From the IMG/VR virus record IMGVR_UViG_3300018411_000017: a DNA stretch of 64,000 bases. The stretch is one strand, 5' to 3'. Numbering within the stretch: the first letter of the stretch is position 1; each line of letters starts with the position of its first letter. This DNA comes from a virus. Taxonomy: Duplodnaviria; Heunggongvirae; Uroviricota; Caudoviricetes. Position numbers and translations under genes: made by a program. Positions 1 to 9,065 of this stretch are shown here, piece by piece. Below the pieces are notes generated by a model. The model was given only the letters and a program-made list of their open reading frames with translations, had not been told where the DNA came from and did not search any database.

Positions 1-243
1 AAAAGCAAGCTATATGCTTGCTTTTTATATTTCCAACAAGCGTTGGTGATACATTTGTCTATCTTATGATTTTTATGCATATACTCCATCAAACTATATC
101 TCCATATGCGTATTAATACATCTGAATCAATATAAGAAGTCGGATATGTTTTTATGCAATATTTAACTTCTTCTTTTTGTAGATGTATAATTCCTATATA
201 AATCACACAAACAAATATTAATAAAACTATTATTCCAATCATA

Positions 244-585
244 TTATTCAATTAAATCTAGTCTTATAAGATCTGTTAATATTTGCATCATAGATCCTAA
301 ATTTCCAGCCGTTAAATTGGAACCAAAAGAATATTCATCAAAGAAGTCTGAAACTTTCATTTGGCCTTTAATAAGCTTTTCTAAATCTTCGGTCATATTA
401 GATATATATTTTTTATATAAATCACTTTTTTCACCAAATTTAGCTAGTTCTAATCCTAGCGATTTTTCTACCAAATATAATACTTCCTCTTCTGAAATAC
501 TCCTTGTTAGATTAAATCCGAACGGTATACCGCTTTCGGAATATATAACTTTAAAAGGTTTTAATTCTATGGTTTTTTCTTTCAT
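244..585 (-). CDS. hypothetical protein
   Basis: 113-aa ORF at the 3' end of the long minus-strand array; no recognisable motif. Confidence 0.45.
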   Translation of the reverse strand: MKEKTIELKPFKVIYSESGIPFGFNLTRSISEEEVLYLVEKSLGLELAKFGEKSDLYKKYISNMTEDLEKLIKGQMKVSDFFDEYSFGSNLTAGNLGSMMQILTDLIRLDLIE

Positions 586-596
586 ATCTATTTATT

Positions 597-1151
597 TTAT
601 GATAATCTTCTTATCATTAAATTAAAAAAAGCTTCATTTGATGAAGCCTCTCGTGCTATATCTTTAATAACTTTTGAATTTCTACGTTTTCTTAGCTTTA
701 AAAAGTCCAACGGTATTCCGTGGTGATTAACAGAGCTTAAGAGATCTGCATTAGGCCCTATGTCGAATACAATTGATCCATTAGGTTTATCAGATACATA
801 AGATTCATCACTATAGACAACGTCATTGTCGCACAGGTTTTGCAAACAATCTATTAATTTGGCTATGGTTTGAAACTTTCGTTTTAATACGGAATGTCTC
901 TCTTCATTTAAAATTCTTAATTGTTTTTGCAATTCTATAATCATATTATCAGTTGGATCAATTTTATACATAGAATATATCAACCATCCTCCTTGACCAA
1001 GATTTAAAGATTCTCTTGTTCCTTTATCTATTGGTAATGAAAAATATCGCATAAATAAAGGATTTTTATATATAGCTATAACACATTCAGTTATATTGCC
1101 TTTAAAGAAAATAAAATCGTTTAGATTATATTCATTCTTTATTATTTTCAT
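597..1151 (-). CDS. hypothetical protein, paralog family A (1 of 3)
   Basis: 184 aa; N-terminus MKIIKNEYNLNDFIFFKG..IAIYK..FMRYFSLP is shared with the next two ORFs. Confidence 0.55.
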   Translation of the reverse strand: MKIIKNEYNLNDFIFFKGNITECVIAIYKNPLFMRYFSLPIDKGTRESLNLGQGGWLIYSMYKIDPTDNMIIELQKQLRILNEERHSVLKRKFQTIAKLIDCLQNLCDNDVVYSDESYVSDKPNGSIVFDIGPNADLLSSVNHHGIPLDFLKLRKRRNSKVIKDIAREASSNEAFFNLMIRRLS

Positions 1152-1707
1152 GATCTAATATTGTATTTAATAAATATTTAAAAACCGTAGAATCGCCTAA
1201 TGCTGTATATGCGAAATTTCTGATATATTCATTGTTCTTTATTCCCATAAAAGATTTTATTGGAATATCACCATGATTTATTTTTATAATAGATGGGCAA
1301 TAACGAGGACTATTTTCAGTAAATAAAGGTGAATCAATTTTCCCATTTGAAATATAGTCTCCGTATTTGAAAATAATATCTTTTGAAGAAAAATCGAACA
1401 ACACATCCACTAAAGAAACAAGCGCTTTAAACTCTGTATTCAACCTTGAATATGGCTCTGTTTCTATTAAACGAAGGCAAGATTTTAAAGCTGAAACCAT
1501 TTCGGGTATAGGTTTTATTTGGTCCATTCGATCTTGAACCCAATCCTTAGATCCAATTTGTAAATTGTCATATTTATTAGTCAATATTGGAAATGAAAAG
1601 AATTCCATAAAGATTTTCACTTTATATACAGCTATAATAGTCCCAGTTGATCTTCCTTTATAAAATAAAAAATCATTTACATCGTATTTACTTTTTAATA
1701 TTTTCAT
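1132..1707 (-). CDS. hypothetical protein, paralog family A (2 of 3)
   Basis: 191 aa; MKILKSKYDVNDFLFYKG..IIAVYK..FMEFFSFP. Confidence 0.55.
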   Translation of the reverse strand: MKILKSKYDVNDFLFYKGRSTGTIIAVYKVKIFMEFFSFPILTNKYDNLQIGSKDWVQDRMDQIKPIPEMVSALKSCLRLIETEPYSRLNTEFKALVSLVDVLFDFSSKDIIFKYGDYISNGKIDSPLFTENSPRYCPSIIKINHGDIPIKSFMGIKNNEYIRNFAYTALGDSTVFKYLLNTILDHENNKE

Positions 1708-2257
1708 AATTTATCATAGTCTCTAAAAGTGGGCTCATTAATCCTGGCTCTGAAAGAACATCAAATATAAGCTCTTGAGTATCTGCGCAGCTTTGAGATT
1801 CAACAAAAACCATGTCATTTGTTTGTTCTAAAAAGGCTTTAACTGAGCGATCTTCATATATATTCAAAGCAATATCAGAATCTATTTTATTGGTAATAAG
1901 GTATTTATGTGCATATGTTGTTTTGCTACATGCTAAATCACATAGAAAATCCATAAGCTTTACTAGGCTATTAAATTTTTCCACAAGTACAACATTAAGA
2001 GTTGTCTCCATTTTGTGTATTTGTCTCTTTAATTCGGATATCATTTCTTGATCTGGTTCAATGTCACTAAACCGATATATATCCCAGTCATTTCCGCCTA
2101 ATCTATCTTCCACTTCTTGCGTTATAGGCTTTTTTATAGGAAATGTAAACAAACCCAATCCAGCCATTGTACCATAGGTAGCAAGTATTCTTCCAGTTTC
2201 AATACTCCTACAAAAAAGAAAGTTGTCTAATTTATATTTAGATTTTAATATTTTCAT
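1688..2257 (-). CDS. hypothetical protein, paralog family A (3 of 3)
   Basis: 189 aa; MKILKSKYKLDNFLFCRS..ILATYG..FTFP. Confidence 0.55.
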   Translation of the reverse strand: MKILKSKYKLDNFLFCRSIETGRILATYGTMAGLGLFTFPIKKPITQEVEDRLGGNDWDIYRFSDIEPDQEMISELKRQIHKMETTLNVVLVEKFNSLVKLMDFLCDLACSKTTYAHKYLITNKIDSDIALNIYEDRSVKAFLEQTNDMVFVESQSCADTQELIFDVLSEPGLMSPLLETMINYENIKK

Positions 2258-2697
2258 AATATAAAACTTTTAAGATAAGTAATGCCATTTGGAATTTCAA
2301 AATTCAATTCATTTTTATTAAAACGCAAGGCATGCTCAAATGTATGAATTCTTTTCTCTCCTATATATTTAGTTTCACATGTTATAAAATTTTCATACAG
2401 ACGAATTTCATATTCATCTTTTAGTAACATAAATGACGGTGTTTCAAGAATGCCTAAATGAGAAAAAGCATCTTCATATGTTGTTTCTATTAATGAAATT
2501 TTTCTAATTTCTAAACGGCCTATTTGCGGGAAAAGGGCATCATATAAAAATCTATGACCATTTAATAAATTAATACCATCATCAGAAAGCTCTGACCCGT
2601 AAATAATTTTAGGCATATCTTTAAATAAAACAGGATCATCTCCATAGCTTTTAGATATAAATAAATTTATTTCAATTGGTTTCCTTGTTATTTTCAT
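2254..2697 (-). CDS. hypothetical protein
   Basis: 147-aa ORF starting MKI, tightly packed in the array. Confidence 0.5.
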   Translation of the reverse strand: MKITRKPIEINLFISKSYGDDPVLFKDMPKIIYGSELSDDGINLLNGHRFLYDALFPQIGRLEIRKISLIETTYEDAFSHLGILETPSFMLLKDEYEIRLYENFITCETKYIGEKRIHTFEHALRFNKNELNFEIPNGITYLKSFIL

Positions 2698-2701
2698 GTG
2701 T

Positions 2702-3013
2702 TTATTTATTATAATGATACCAGTCCAAGGATGCTTGTAACCAGAATTCGTGACCTTCAGGAGTGTTATCCCAGTTAAAACATCTTGTAAGAAATCCTGA
2801 TTTCATTCTTTCATCAAAAAACGAACTAAAATTATTTATTTTATTTGTTTTCTCTTTTGAAAAATTGTAAATATATTTATCTAAAAGATTATGATCGATT
2901 AAAAATTCTTTAAACGAAATTGGCATAAAATCTTCTAAACTATTTTTTCCTTTTATTTTCATATTAACAACATTTAGCCAACTGATACCATTGATAGTCA
3001 TTCTCAATTGCAC
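2702..3013 (-). CDS. family B small protein (W..T.EG..YW motif), divergent member
   Basis: 103 aa; C-terminal FNWDNTPEGHEFWLQ matches the family B motif. Confidence 0.5.
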   Translation of the reverse strand: MQLRMTINGISWLNVVNMKIKGKNSLEDFMPISFKEFLIDHNLLDKYIYNFSKEKTNKINNFSSFFDERMKSGFLTRCFNWDNTPEGHEFWLQASLDWYHYNK

Positions 3014-3209
3014 ACCAAAAGGTAAAGCCTTCTTTTGAGAGAGAAAAAGAAAAGGAATTTATTGATGTGATTTTATGTCTAACGTTACCTTTTTCAAATT
3101 TAATTACATTATCTATAAATATATCTAATATATCCCATCCCTTTAAGAATGCTAGCAAATCAGAGTCTATTCTAGATATAACTAATTCTTTATTTTTAAT
3201 TATTTTCAT
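2964..3209 (-). CDS. family B small protein
   Basis: 81 aa; LAFLKGWDILDIFIDN ... FSLSKEGFTFWCAI. Confidence 0.55.
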   Translation of the reverse strand: MKIIKNKELVISRIDSDLLAFLKGWDILDIFIDNVIKFEKGNVRHKITSINSFSFSLSKEGFTFWCAIENDYQWYQLAKCC

Positions 3210-3475
3210 CTTTTTTCAATCCAAATATTAAAGTCATCATATATTTCACTCCAATAAGCATTTCCTTCTTTTGATTGTGTCCAAATAAATCCTTGGCGTG
3301 GTGTATGTACCGATTTGTTTTTATACTCTTTAAAAGATGTATAATTAACAAGATTATCGATAAAAATATCCAAGATTCCTTTCCAATTTAAAAACAATAT
3401 AAGATTGTCATCTAATTTATTTAGGGCTTCTTTGTCTAATCTAACTATTTTCATTAGTGCATTTCCATTTACCAT
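3206..3475 (-). CDS. family B small protein
   Basis: 89 aa; internal MKIVRL is the probable start; LFLNWKGILDIFIDN ... WTQSKEGNAYWSEI. Confidence 0.55.
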   Translation of the reverse strand: MVNGNALMKIVRLDKEALNKLDDNLILFLNWKGILDIFIDNLVNYTSFKEYKNKSVHTPRQGFIWTQSKEGNAYWSEIYDDFNIWIEKR

Positions 3476-3698
3476 ATTCTAAATCAATCTGGTCCCAATA
3501 TCTATAACCTTCTCTTGTTTCACTCCAAGTAAAAGCCTCAATTGGCCTAGATATACTTTTGTGTTTTGCTACAGAAAACACAGTATCACTAATAAAATTA
3601 TATATAAATATATCTAGTAATCCTTTCTCTTTCAAAAAAAGTATCAAATGATCTGATAACTTAGATAAGGCTTCTCCGTTTTGTTTTTTAATTTTCAT
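3441..3698 (-). CDS. family B small protein
   Basis: 85 aa; LFLKEKGLLDIFIYN ... FTWSETREGYRYWDQI. Confidence 0.55.
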   Translation of the reverse strand: MKIKKQNGEALSKLSDHLILFLKEKGLLDIFIYNFISDTVFSVAKHKSISRPIEAFTWSETREGYRYWDQIDLEYGKWKCTNENS

Positions 3699-3927
3699 TT
3701 TCTAAAACTTTTAGCCATTTACTCAATATTGCACACCAAAAATCAAAGTCTTCTTCTCTCCATGAAAAAGCTGCTGCTAATAAAACTTGAGGTGATGTTG
3801 TTTCAACATATTCTCTAAGGAATTCTTCATTTTTTTGATCAAACCCACCTTCTTCAAGAAATTTATTTAAACAATCTGTTTCAAATAAAAACTCTATAAA
3901 ACGATCGTAGATTTTATTTTTATCCAT
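3688..3927 (-). CDS. family B small protein (divergent)
   Basis: 79 aa; FLFETDCLNKFLEE ... FSWREEDFDFWCAI. Confidence 0.45.
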   Translation of the reverse strand: MDKNKIYDRFIEFLFETDCLNKFLEEGGFDQKNEEFLREYVETTSPQVLLAAAFSWREEDFDFWCAILSKWLKVLENEN

Positions 3928-4183
3928 GCTTTTCTTTAAGTTTTTGAATTATATAATTATCAAAATCAATCTGTATTTTTCTCCAATAAGAAGGTCCTTC
4001 TGGAGTATCCCTGAAGACAATAGTGCCTGCTATAGAATAAAATTTCATTCTTTCACTATAGCCCATAGCCTCTATATTTTTCACAAATTTATCTAAGCAA
4101 TTATTTTTCTGTAAAAACTCTAATAATATTGGCGATATTCTATTTACTATGCTTTTGTTTAATTTAACTATTTTCATATTCAT
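3920..4183 (-). CDS. family B small protein
   Basis: 87 aa; EFLQKNNCLDKFVKN ... FRDTPEGPSYWRKI. Confidence 0.55.
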   Translation of the reverse strand: MNMKIVKLNKSIVNRISPILLEFLQKNNCLDKFVKNIEAMGYSERMKFYSIAGTIVFRDTPEGPSYWRKIQIDFDNYIIQKLKEKHG

Positions 4184-4427
4184 TCCAATAATCTACCAAT
4201 TTATCATGCAACTCTCCCCAATAAATACCACCTTCGACAGTTTCGTCCCAAGTAAAAGAAAATAATATAGAATCTTCAATTCTATATTTAGAAATTACAG
4301 ATAATGGATCTTTATGTTGACTATTAATATTATTAAGGAATTTATGCAATGCATCATGTTCTATTAAAAAAGAAACCAAATTTTCGTTTAAATCCTCTTT
4401 TCGCAGAGTTCTTTTCCCTATTTTCAT
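4164..4427 (-). CDS. family B small protein
   Basis: 87 aa; SFLIEHDALHKFLNN ... FTWDETVEGGIYWGEL. Confidence 0.55.
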   Translation of the reverse strand: MKIGKRTLRKEDLNENLVSFLIEHDALHKFLNNINSQHKDPLSVISKYRIEDSILFSFTWDETVEGGIYWGELHDKLVDYWNEYENS

Positions 4428-4429
4428 AA

Positions 4430-4675
4430 TTAAAATTCTTTTTCTATTTTTTCTTGCATTTCAGACCAATAATGAAAGCCTTCAGGAGTAATGCTCCATG
4501 CAAAAGCAGTCCATAATATTACTTTTGGTTTATATTCTTTTATTTTAGATATAGGATCTTCATGAGAGTTATTGAAATTGTCTATAAAACTGTACAAAGC
4601 TCCATTCTTTCTTAAAAAAGAAGCAAATATGCAATCTAAATCTGATTCAGTTATTTTTCTTTTAGTTATTTTCAT
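4430..4675 (-). CDS. family B small protein
   Basis: 81 aa; SFLRKNGALYSFIDN ... FAWSITPEGFHYWSEM. Confidence 0.55.
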   Translation of the reverse strand: MKITKRKITESDLDCIFASFLRKNGALYSFIDNFNNSHEDPISKIKEYKPKVILWTAFAWSITPEGFHYWSEMQEKIEKEF

Positions 4676-4998
4676 AATAAATAAATTTAGTACCCCAAAT
4701 TGGATTCAAACCAATGTTTTAACCTTGAAGAGTTACGCCCTAGATCACTAGACGATTGGGGCTTATTAATAGTAGCAAGTATAAAATACACATAGGCCAA
4801 GTTAAAAGCGAAGACAAAGACCAGCTTCTAAACTAAGGCAAAGACAAAGTATTTTTTGTTTATTTTCTTAGAAGCTGTCGGTTTTTTGTTTGCTCATATA
4901 GCGTATATATTTTCGTCGCAAAACGCGTCGATCACGGTTTTGTATTTCATACTTGCTCAAAGTATAATATTAAATCTAATTTGATTTTAATTATACAC

Positions 4999-5889
4999 CT
5001 ATTTTATTAATGAATTTAATTCATCAAACAACTTTTGGAAATCAGATGGTATAACAATCTTGAGTTCAAGAAGCTCTTTCTTTTGTTCTTCAATAAAAGC
5101 TTCAGCCTGTTTGGCATATGTAGCAATAACTCTGTCATATTCTTCTGATTGAGCAGCATATTCCCTTTTAGCTTTAAGATTATGATCATCCATGATCTGC
5201 TTAACCTTAAACTTTAAAGAATTAAGCTGCTTATTTGCCGTTCTATGAGCAGACTGTAATTGCATGAATGTTTCATTCACCTCATCGACATCTGCTGATG
5301 GGGAATAAGTGTAGACTAGAGCATCACTCCCAGATCCAACCAGTTTAATTGGTTCTTTTCTTTTCAGTTCTAATTTGCGCCTCGCTTCAGCAAATGATTT
5401 GCCAGGATGAATCCGATTGCCTATAGCCGCTGAGGTAGCTTCTAAGATAAGATATCTTATTCTTTCTTGTTGAGATAATAATGCAATAGCATCATCTTCT
5501 GTCATAAAATCAAGACTGTGCGAACTTCTAGGATCAACAATTTCAATGCCTTTAATTTTTAAGAATTTTGAAGTAGAAATTCCTTCTATATAATCCAATT
5601 CTTCTTCTTTAGCTTTGATAGCTTCACGTAAATATGCGATCAAAGCGTTGCATTCTGCAACCTTATTAATTGATAAAACAATATTTCCTAATTCATCAGT
5701 ATCATAACCTTTTTCGGTAAGTTTTGATACATCTGAGGAAATTAAGCCAACATTGCAATTAACAAATGTAATATTTTCAAGTAGTGCTCTACTCTCTTCC
5801 ATTACTTCTTTTGCTATATTTGCGATGTGATTTGCGGAAGTTGAGGTTATACCTTTTGTTCCAAAAAATATCTTATTTTTCTCTTTCAT
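4999..5889 (-). CDS. hypothetical protein
   Basis: 296-aa ORF with a coiled-coil-rich C-terminus; no motif recognised. Confidence 0.55.
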   Translation of the reverse strand: MKEKNKIFFGTKGITSTSANHIANIAKEVMEESRALLENITFVNCNVGLISSDVSKLTEKGYDTDELGNIVLSINKVAECNALIAYLREAIKAKEEELDYIEGISTSKFLKIKGIEIVDPRSSHSLDFMTEDDAIALLSQQERIRYLILEATSAAIGNRIHPGKSFAEARRKLELKRKEPIKLVGSGSDALVYTYSPSADVDEVNETFMQLQSAHRTANKQLNSLKFKVKQIMDDHNLKAKREYAAQSEEYDRVIATYAKQAEAFIEEQKKELLELKIVIPSDFQKLFDELNSLIK

Positions 5890-5960
5890 ATTTCTATAAA
5901 TAAAAAATAGAACACCTATATGTATAGATGCTCTATTTTAATATATTTATTTATTTATTC

Positions 5961-6758
5961 TTACTTTGTAATTCTTAGGAATTCAGGAACAACTCCATAT
6001 AACGGGGCAGACCCATTCCACTTGTCGATAAATTGCTTGTATAGAATTTCCTTTGTCAAACCTCGGCTTGCGATAATAGCTTGTTGGGTTTTAAGTTCTT
6101 CAAGCTCATTTCGTTTTCGCTGTTCAATAATCTGTTGTTCTAAAACTGTAACATTTGTATTAACCTCATTACGGTTGTCGATTTTAGCTTTTACTTTCTG
6201 ACTAAATTCTAACTGTGCTGAAAATGTTAACAATTCAAAGCCTCGTTTAGCAAACTCTTGCTTGACTATTGCTTCTAAACGTTTTTCAAATAATAAAGAA
6301 CCTTGGTTTGCCATAAGTGTATCTGTTGAATACTTTCGGCTTTCCTCTTTCATTAAATCATAAATTCTTGGTTCTAGTATATTATCTTCTACTGCGTCAA
6401 GAAAATCATCGCCTATGCCTATATGTTTATTATCGAATATAACATCAATAGGCTTATCCGGCATAACTTTATAAGAATAAACTGGACGAGCAGAAAACTC
6501 TGTATTATCAGCCGCTTTTAGAGTATCAGGATTATCAAACTCTCCACGTTGCTCGAACGCTGGAACTTGATATAGCTCAGTACCCCAAGCCATCACATTG
6601 ACTTTACCGGTTACAATACGAAAATCGCTTTTACCTGCCTTACCATAATTTGTCATTAAGACCCCATAATGGTTCAGTTCAACTCTTTCACAACTCTGGA
6701 AAATAAAAGTGAGCATTAGCAAACTAATTGCTAAAAAGCTCTTAAAGAAATTTTTCAT
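5961..6758 (-). CDS. putative lipoprotein with SPFH/band-7 (prohibitin-like) domain
   Basis: Signal peptide plus lipobox (..IFQSC); HYGVLMTNYGK..GTELYQVP resembles the SPFH N-terminal motif; C-terminal coiled coil (EQQIIEQRKRNELEELK). Confidence 0.45.
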   Translation of the reverse strand: MKNFFKSFLAISLLMLTFIFQSCERVELNHYGVLMTNYGKAGKSDFRIVTGKVNVMAWGTELYQVPAFEQRGEFDNPDTLKAADNTEFSARPVYSYKVMPDKPIDVIFDNKHIGIGDDFLDAVEDNILEPRIYDLMKEESRKYSTDTLMANQGSLLFEKRLEAIVKQEFAKRGFELLTFSAQLEFSQKVKAKIDNRNEVNTNVTVLEQQIIEQRKRNELEELKTQQAIIASRGLTKEILYKQFIDKWNGSAPLYGVVPEFLRITK

Positions 6759-6908
6759 AAATTTTTTGAATTAAAAAACTTGTAAATATTAATAATATAA
6801 AAAATAAAAATATAGCTAACCATGGGTCTATAAAATTAAAGAGCCATGCTATTATATTTATGTCTAAGATAATCGCAACAGCAATTATCATTATAAGCGC
6901 AAATTGTT

Positions 6909-7094
6909 TCATGTTGTTTTTGTTGTTTTAGAATCTTCCATAATAACAATCCACATTACTCCCCATAAGAAAAAAAACAATGAATCTCCAAGAGATAGTA
7001 AATTTAATTGTTCACTATCTACATATTCAGCAAATTTAAACCCACTTGCAAAAACGATTCCAATTAACAATATATAATTAAAAATTTTGCTCAT
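6909..7094 (-). CDS. small membrane protein
   Basis: 61 aa, two hydrophobic segments. Confidence 0.4.
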   Translation of the reverse strand: MSKIFNYILLIGIVFASGFKFAEYVDSEQLNLLSLGDSLFFFLWGVMWIVIMEDSKTTKTT

Positions 7095-7303
7095 TTGAAT
7101 ATGTTATTTATAAAATTGTAAAATAAATTTTTAATCTGGTTCATATATATAACTAATATTATTAATGATATACATGAGATTAGAAAAATAAAAGCGTTTT
7201 CTCCATGTGATTTTGTTACTATTACAAAACAAAGCAACAGCAATGCTATATGAATAACATTGACTATTATTGTAATTAATAGTTTTTTAAGGTTTTCTTT
7301 CAT
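7091..7303 (-). CDS. small membrane protein
   Basis: 70 aa, highly hydrophobic. Confidence 0.4.
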   Translation of the reverse strand: MKENLKKLLITIIVNVIHIALLLLCFVIVTKSHGENAFIFLISCISLIILVIYMNQIKNLFYNFINNIFK

Positions 7304-7312
7304 AATACTAAA

Positions 7313-7714
7313 TTATTTGATTTCTTCCATCCATTGTTGGATGGTAATTTCCATTGAGCTAGTTCTTTTTGCTAGTTTCGGGAAAATACCGCTATAAACA
7401 GATTCAACTTCTACTTCTTCTCCTTTTATAAATAATGCCAGATCTGTTTCATCTTTAACATAAGCCTCTTCAGATATATCAACGACGACTGTCCTCGTTA
7501 AAGGGTTTTCAGAACTAACGGTCATGGTCCTTTTAATCTTATTTTTTGTAATGATTTTAGATTTATTCGCTACAGGAATACTTGTAGCCGTTTCAAATAG
7601 AATATCTAAAGCAGATTCATGTTGTTCTTCCGGTAAAAATGAAATTAAATTTGCAACGGCAGAATTTTCAATTTTAGCAGTTTCTAATATTTTTTTAATT
7701 AGTTTTGAATTCAT
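7313..7714 (-). CDS. hypothetical protein
   Basis: 133-aa ORF. Confidence 0.5.
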   Translation of the reverse strand: MNSKLIKKILETAKIENSAVANLISFLPEEQHESALDILFETATSIPVANKSKIITKNKIKRTMTVSSENPLTRTVVVDISEEAYVKDETDLALFIKGEEVEVESVYSGIFPKLAKRTSSMEITIQQWMEEIK

Positions 7715-8067
7715 AATTCTTTATTTTTAATATAATTATTTATTTTTTCTTTCAGATTTTCAAGATCATTTGTATAATCTTTTAGATATACTATCTCAAT
7801 ACGAGATCCTTTAATTGAGCTTTCGCCTATTTGTTCGGTATAATATTTTATATTATTAATTCTTTTAGCAGACAATCTAAACCCGGCAACTGAGGAGACA
7901 ACTTGATCTTTTAATGATTTCTCCATACGCTCATGGGTTGAGTGAGCAAACACGCATCTCACATCTTTAAGTATTCTCATTAAAATCTCAACTTCTGTTC
8001 CGTTTTGTACGGCAATAACAACATCATGATCAAGATTAAAATGTTCAATTTGTTTTGTTATCTTCAT
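7711..8067 (-). CDS. hypothetical protein
   Basis: 118-aa ORF starting MKI. Confidence 0.5.
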   Translation of the reverse strand: MKITKQIEHFNLDHDVVIAVQNGTEVEILMRILKDVRCVFAHSTHERMEKSLKDQVVSSVAGFRLSAKRINNIKYYTEQIGESSIKGSRIEIVYLKDYTNDLENLKEKINNYIKNKEL

Positions 8068-8254
8068 TTGTTATTTCTTTAGCGTATTTCCATTTTTCAG
8101 TTGTTTCACTCCATGCGGCTTCTTCAAATGTTTCCGCTCCATGCCAAGCTTCATATCCACCCGTTATTTCCTGAATAACAACTCTTTTAAAGCCCTTATT
8201 TTCCGATGTTATTTCTTGATTAGAAACCATCATAATTTTTGGATATTCATTCAT
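8045..8254 (-). CDS. hypothetical protein
   Basis: 69-aa ORF. Confidence 0.4.
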   Translation of the reverse strand: MNEYPKIMMVSNQEITSENKGFKRVVIQEITGGYEAWHGAETFEEAAWSETTEKWKYAKEITNEDNKTN

Positions 8255-8282
8255 AATGTTTAAGTTTTTTAGTTAATAGTAG

Positions 8283-8351
8283 TTCCCCTTATAGGATTCA
8301 AACCTATGAAATAAACATTTGTTTATTGTTTTATCTCTAAACTAAAGAGGA
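8283..8351 (-). ncRNA. tRNA-like element with miniaturised anticodon arm
   Basis: Minus-strand fold: acceptor TCCTCTT/AAGGGGA, D-arm GTTT-AGAGATA-AAAC, T-arm ATAGG-TTTGAAT-CCTAT, but only a 4-bp/4-nt hairpin (AAAC-AAAT-GTTT) where the anticodon arm should be. Confidence 0.45.
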
Positions 8352-8647
8352 TTCCGATTTCTTTAAACATAAATTAGCATTCTATGCAAGCGCATTTTAC
8401 GTTTTGGATGAAATCAATCCAGCAAATTAAGTTAGATTAACCGTATTCTGGTCATGTAACTTATCTTAGGCTATTTGCAAGCCTATGTAGATAACCAAGT
8501 CTACCGCTTGCCTATTGATCAGATAGGTTTTTTCAAAGCACATGATAAGACAATATATAATCTTATAATCGGCTTTTAGAGATATGTCATCAACGTACGC
8601 GCTATTCATTTATTGTCCGTTTTTGTTTGCATATCTCTATTCTTTAT

Positions 8648-9061
8648 TTAAATTTCATATTTAAAATATACGAAATTATCACTTTGTTTAATTATCTTAA
8701 AGTCATTTTTTAAATGCCAATTAATAGATGGAGTATTTGATACTTCTGCTATACTATATAAATCCATTGGAAAATTCATTATAAAACTTTTAAATAACAT
8801 TGTCGCCAACCCTATCCGTTTTATATTAGAACTCAAGTCACATAGCATATATGAATTTGGTTTTAACCAATCTAAATAATCGTCCAATTCTGGTTCTTCA
8901 AATTTTATAGTATAAATTAATTTAACTTCAAATTTGCTTCGTGGTGCGTGAATACCTAGATTAAGATGGCTTTTAATTGCTGAATAACATTTAAAAGTTT
9001 CATCATTTATATCAAAACAAAAATCAAATGTTTCATTACTGTTTTTATCAAAGCATTTCAT
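8648..9061 (-). CDS. hypothetical protein (weak GNAT-like RxxGxA motif)
   Basis: 137 aa; KRIGLATMLF resembles GNAT motif A, but this is weak. Confidence 0.4.
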   Translation of the reverse strand: MKCFDKNSNETFDFCFDINDETFKCYSAIKSHLNLGIHAPRSKFEVKLIYTIKFEEPELDDYLDWLKPNSYMLCDLSSNIKRIGLATMLFKSFIMNFPMDLYSIAEVSNTPSINWHLKNDFKIIKQSDNFVYFKYEI

Positions 9062-9065
9062 GATA

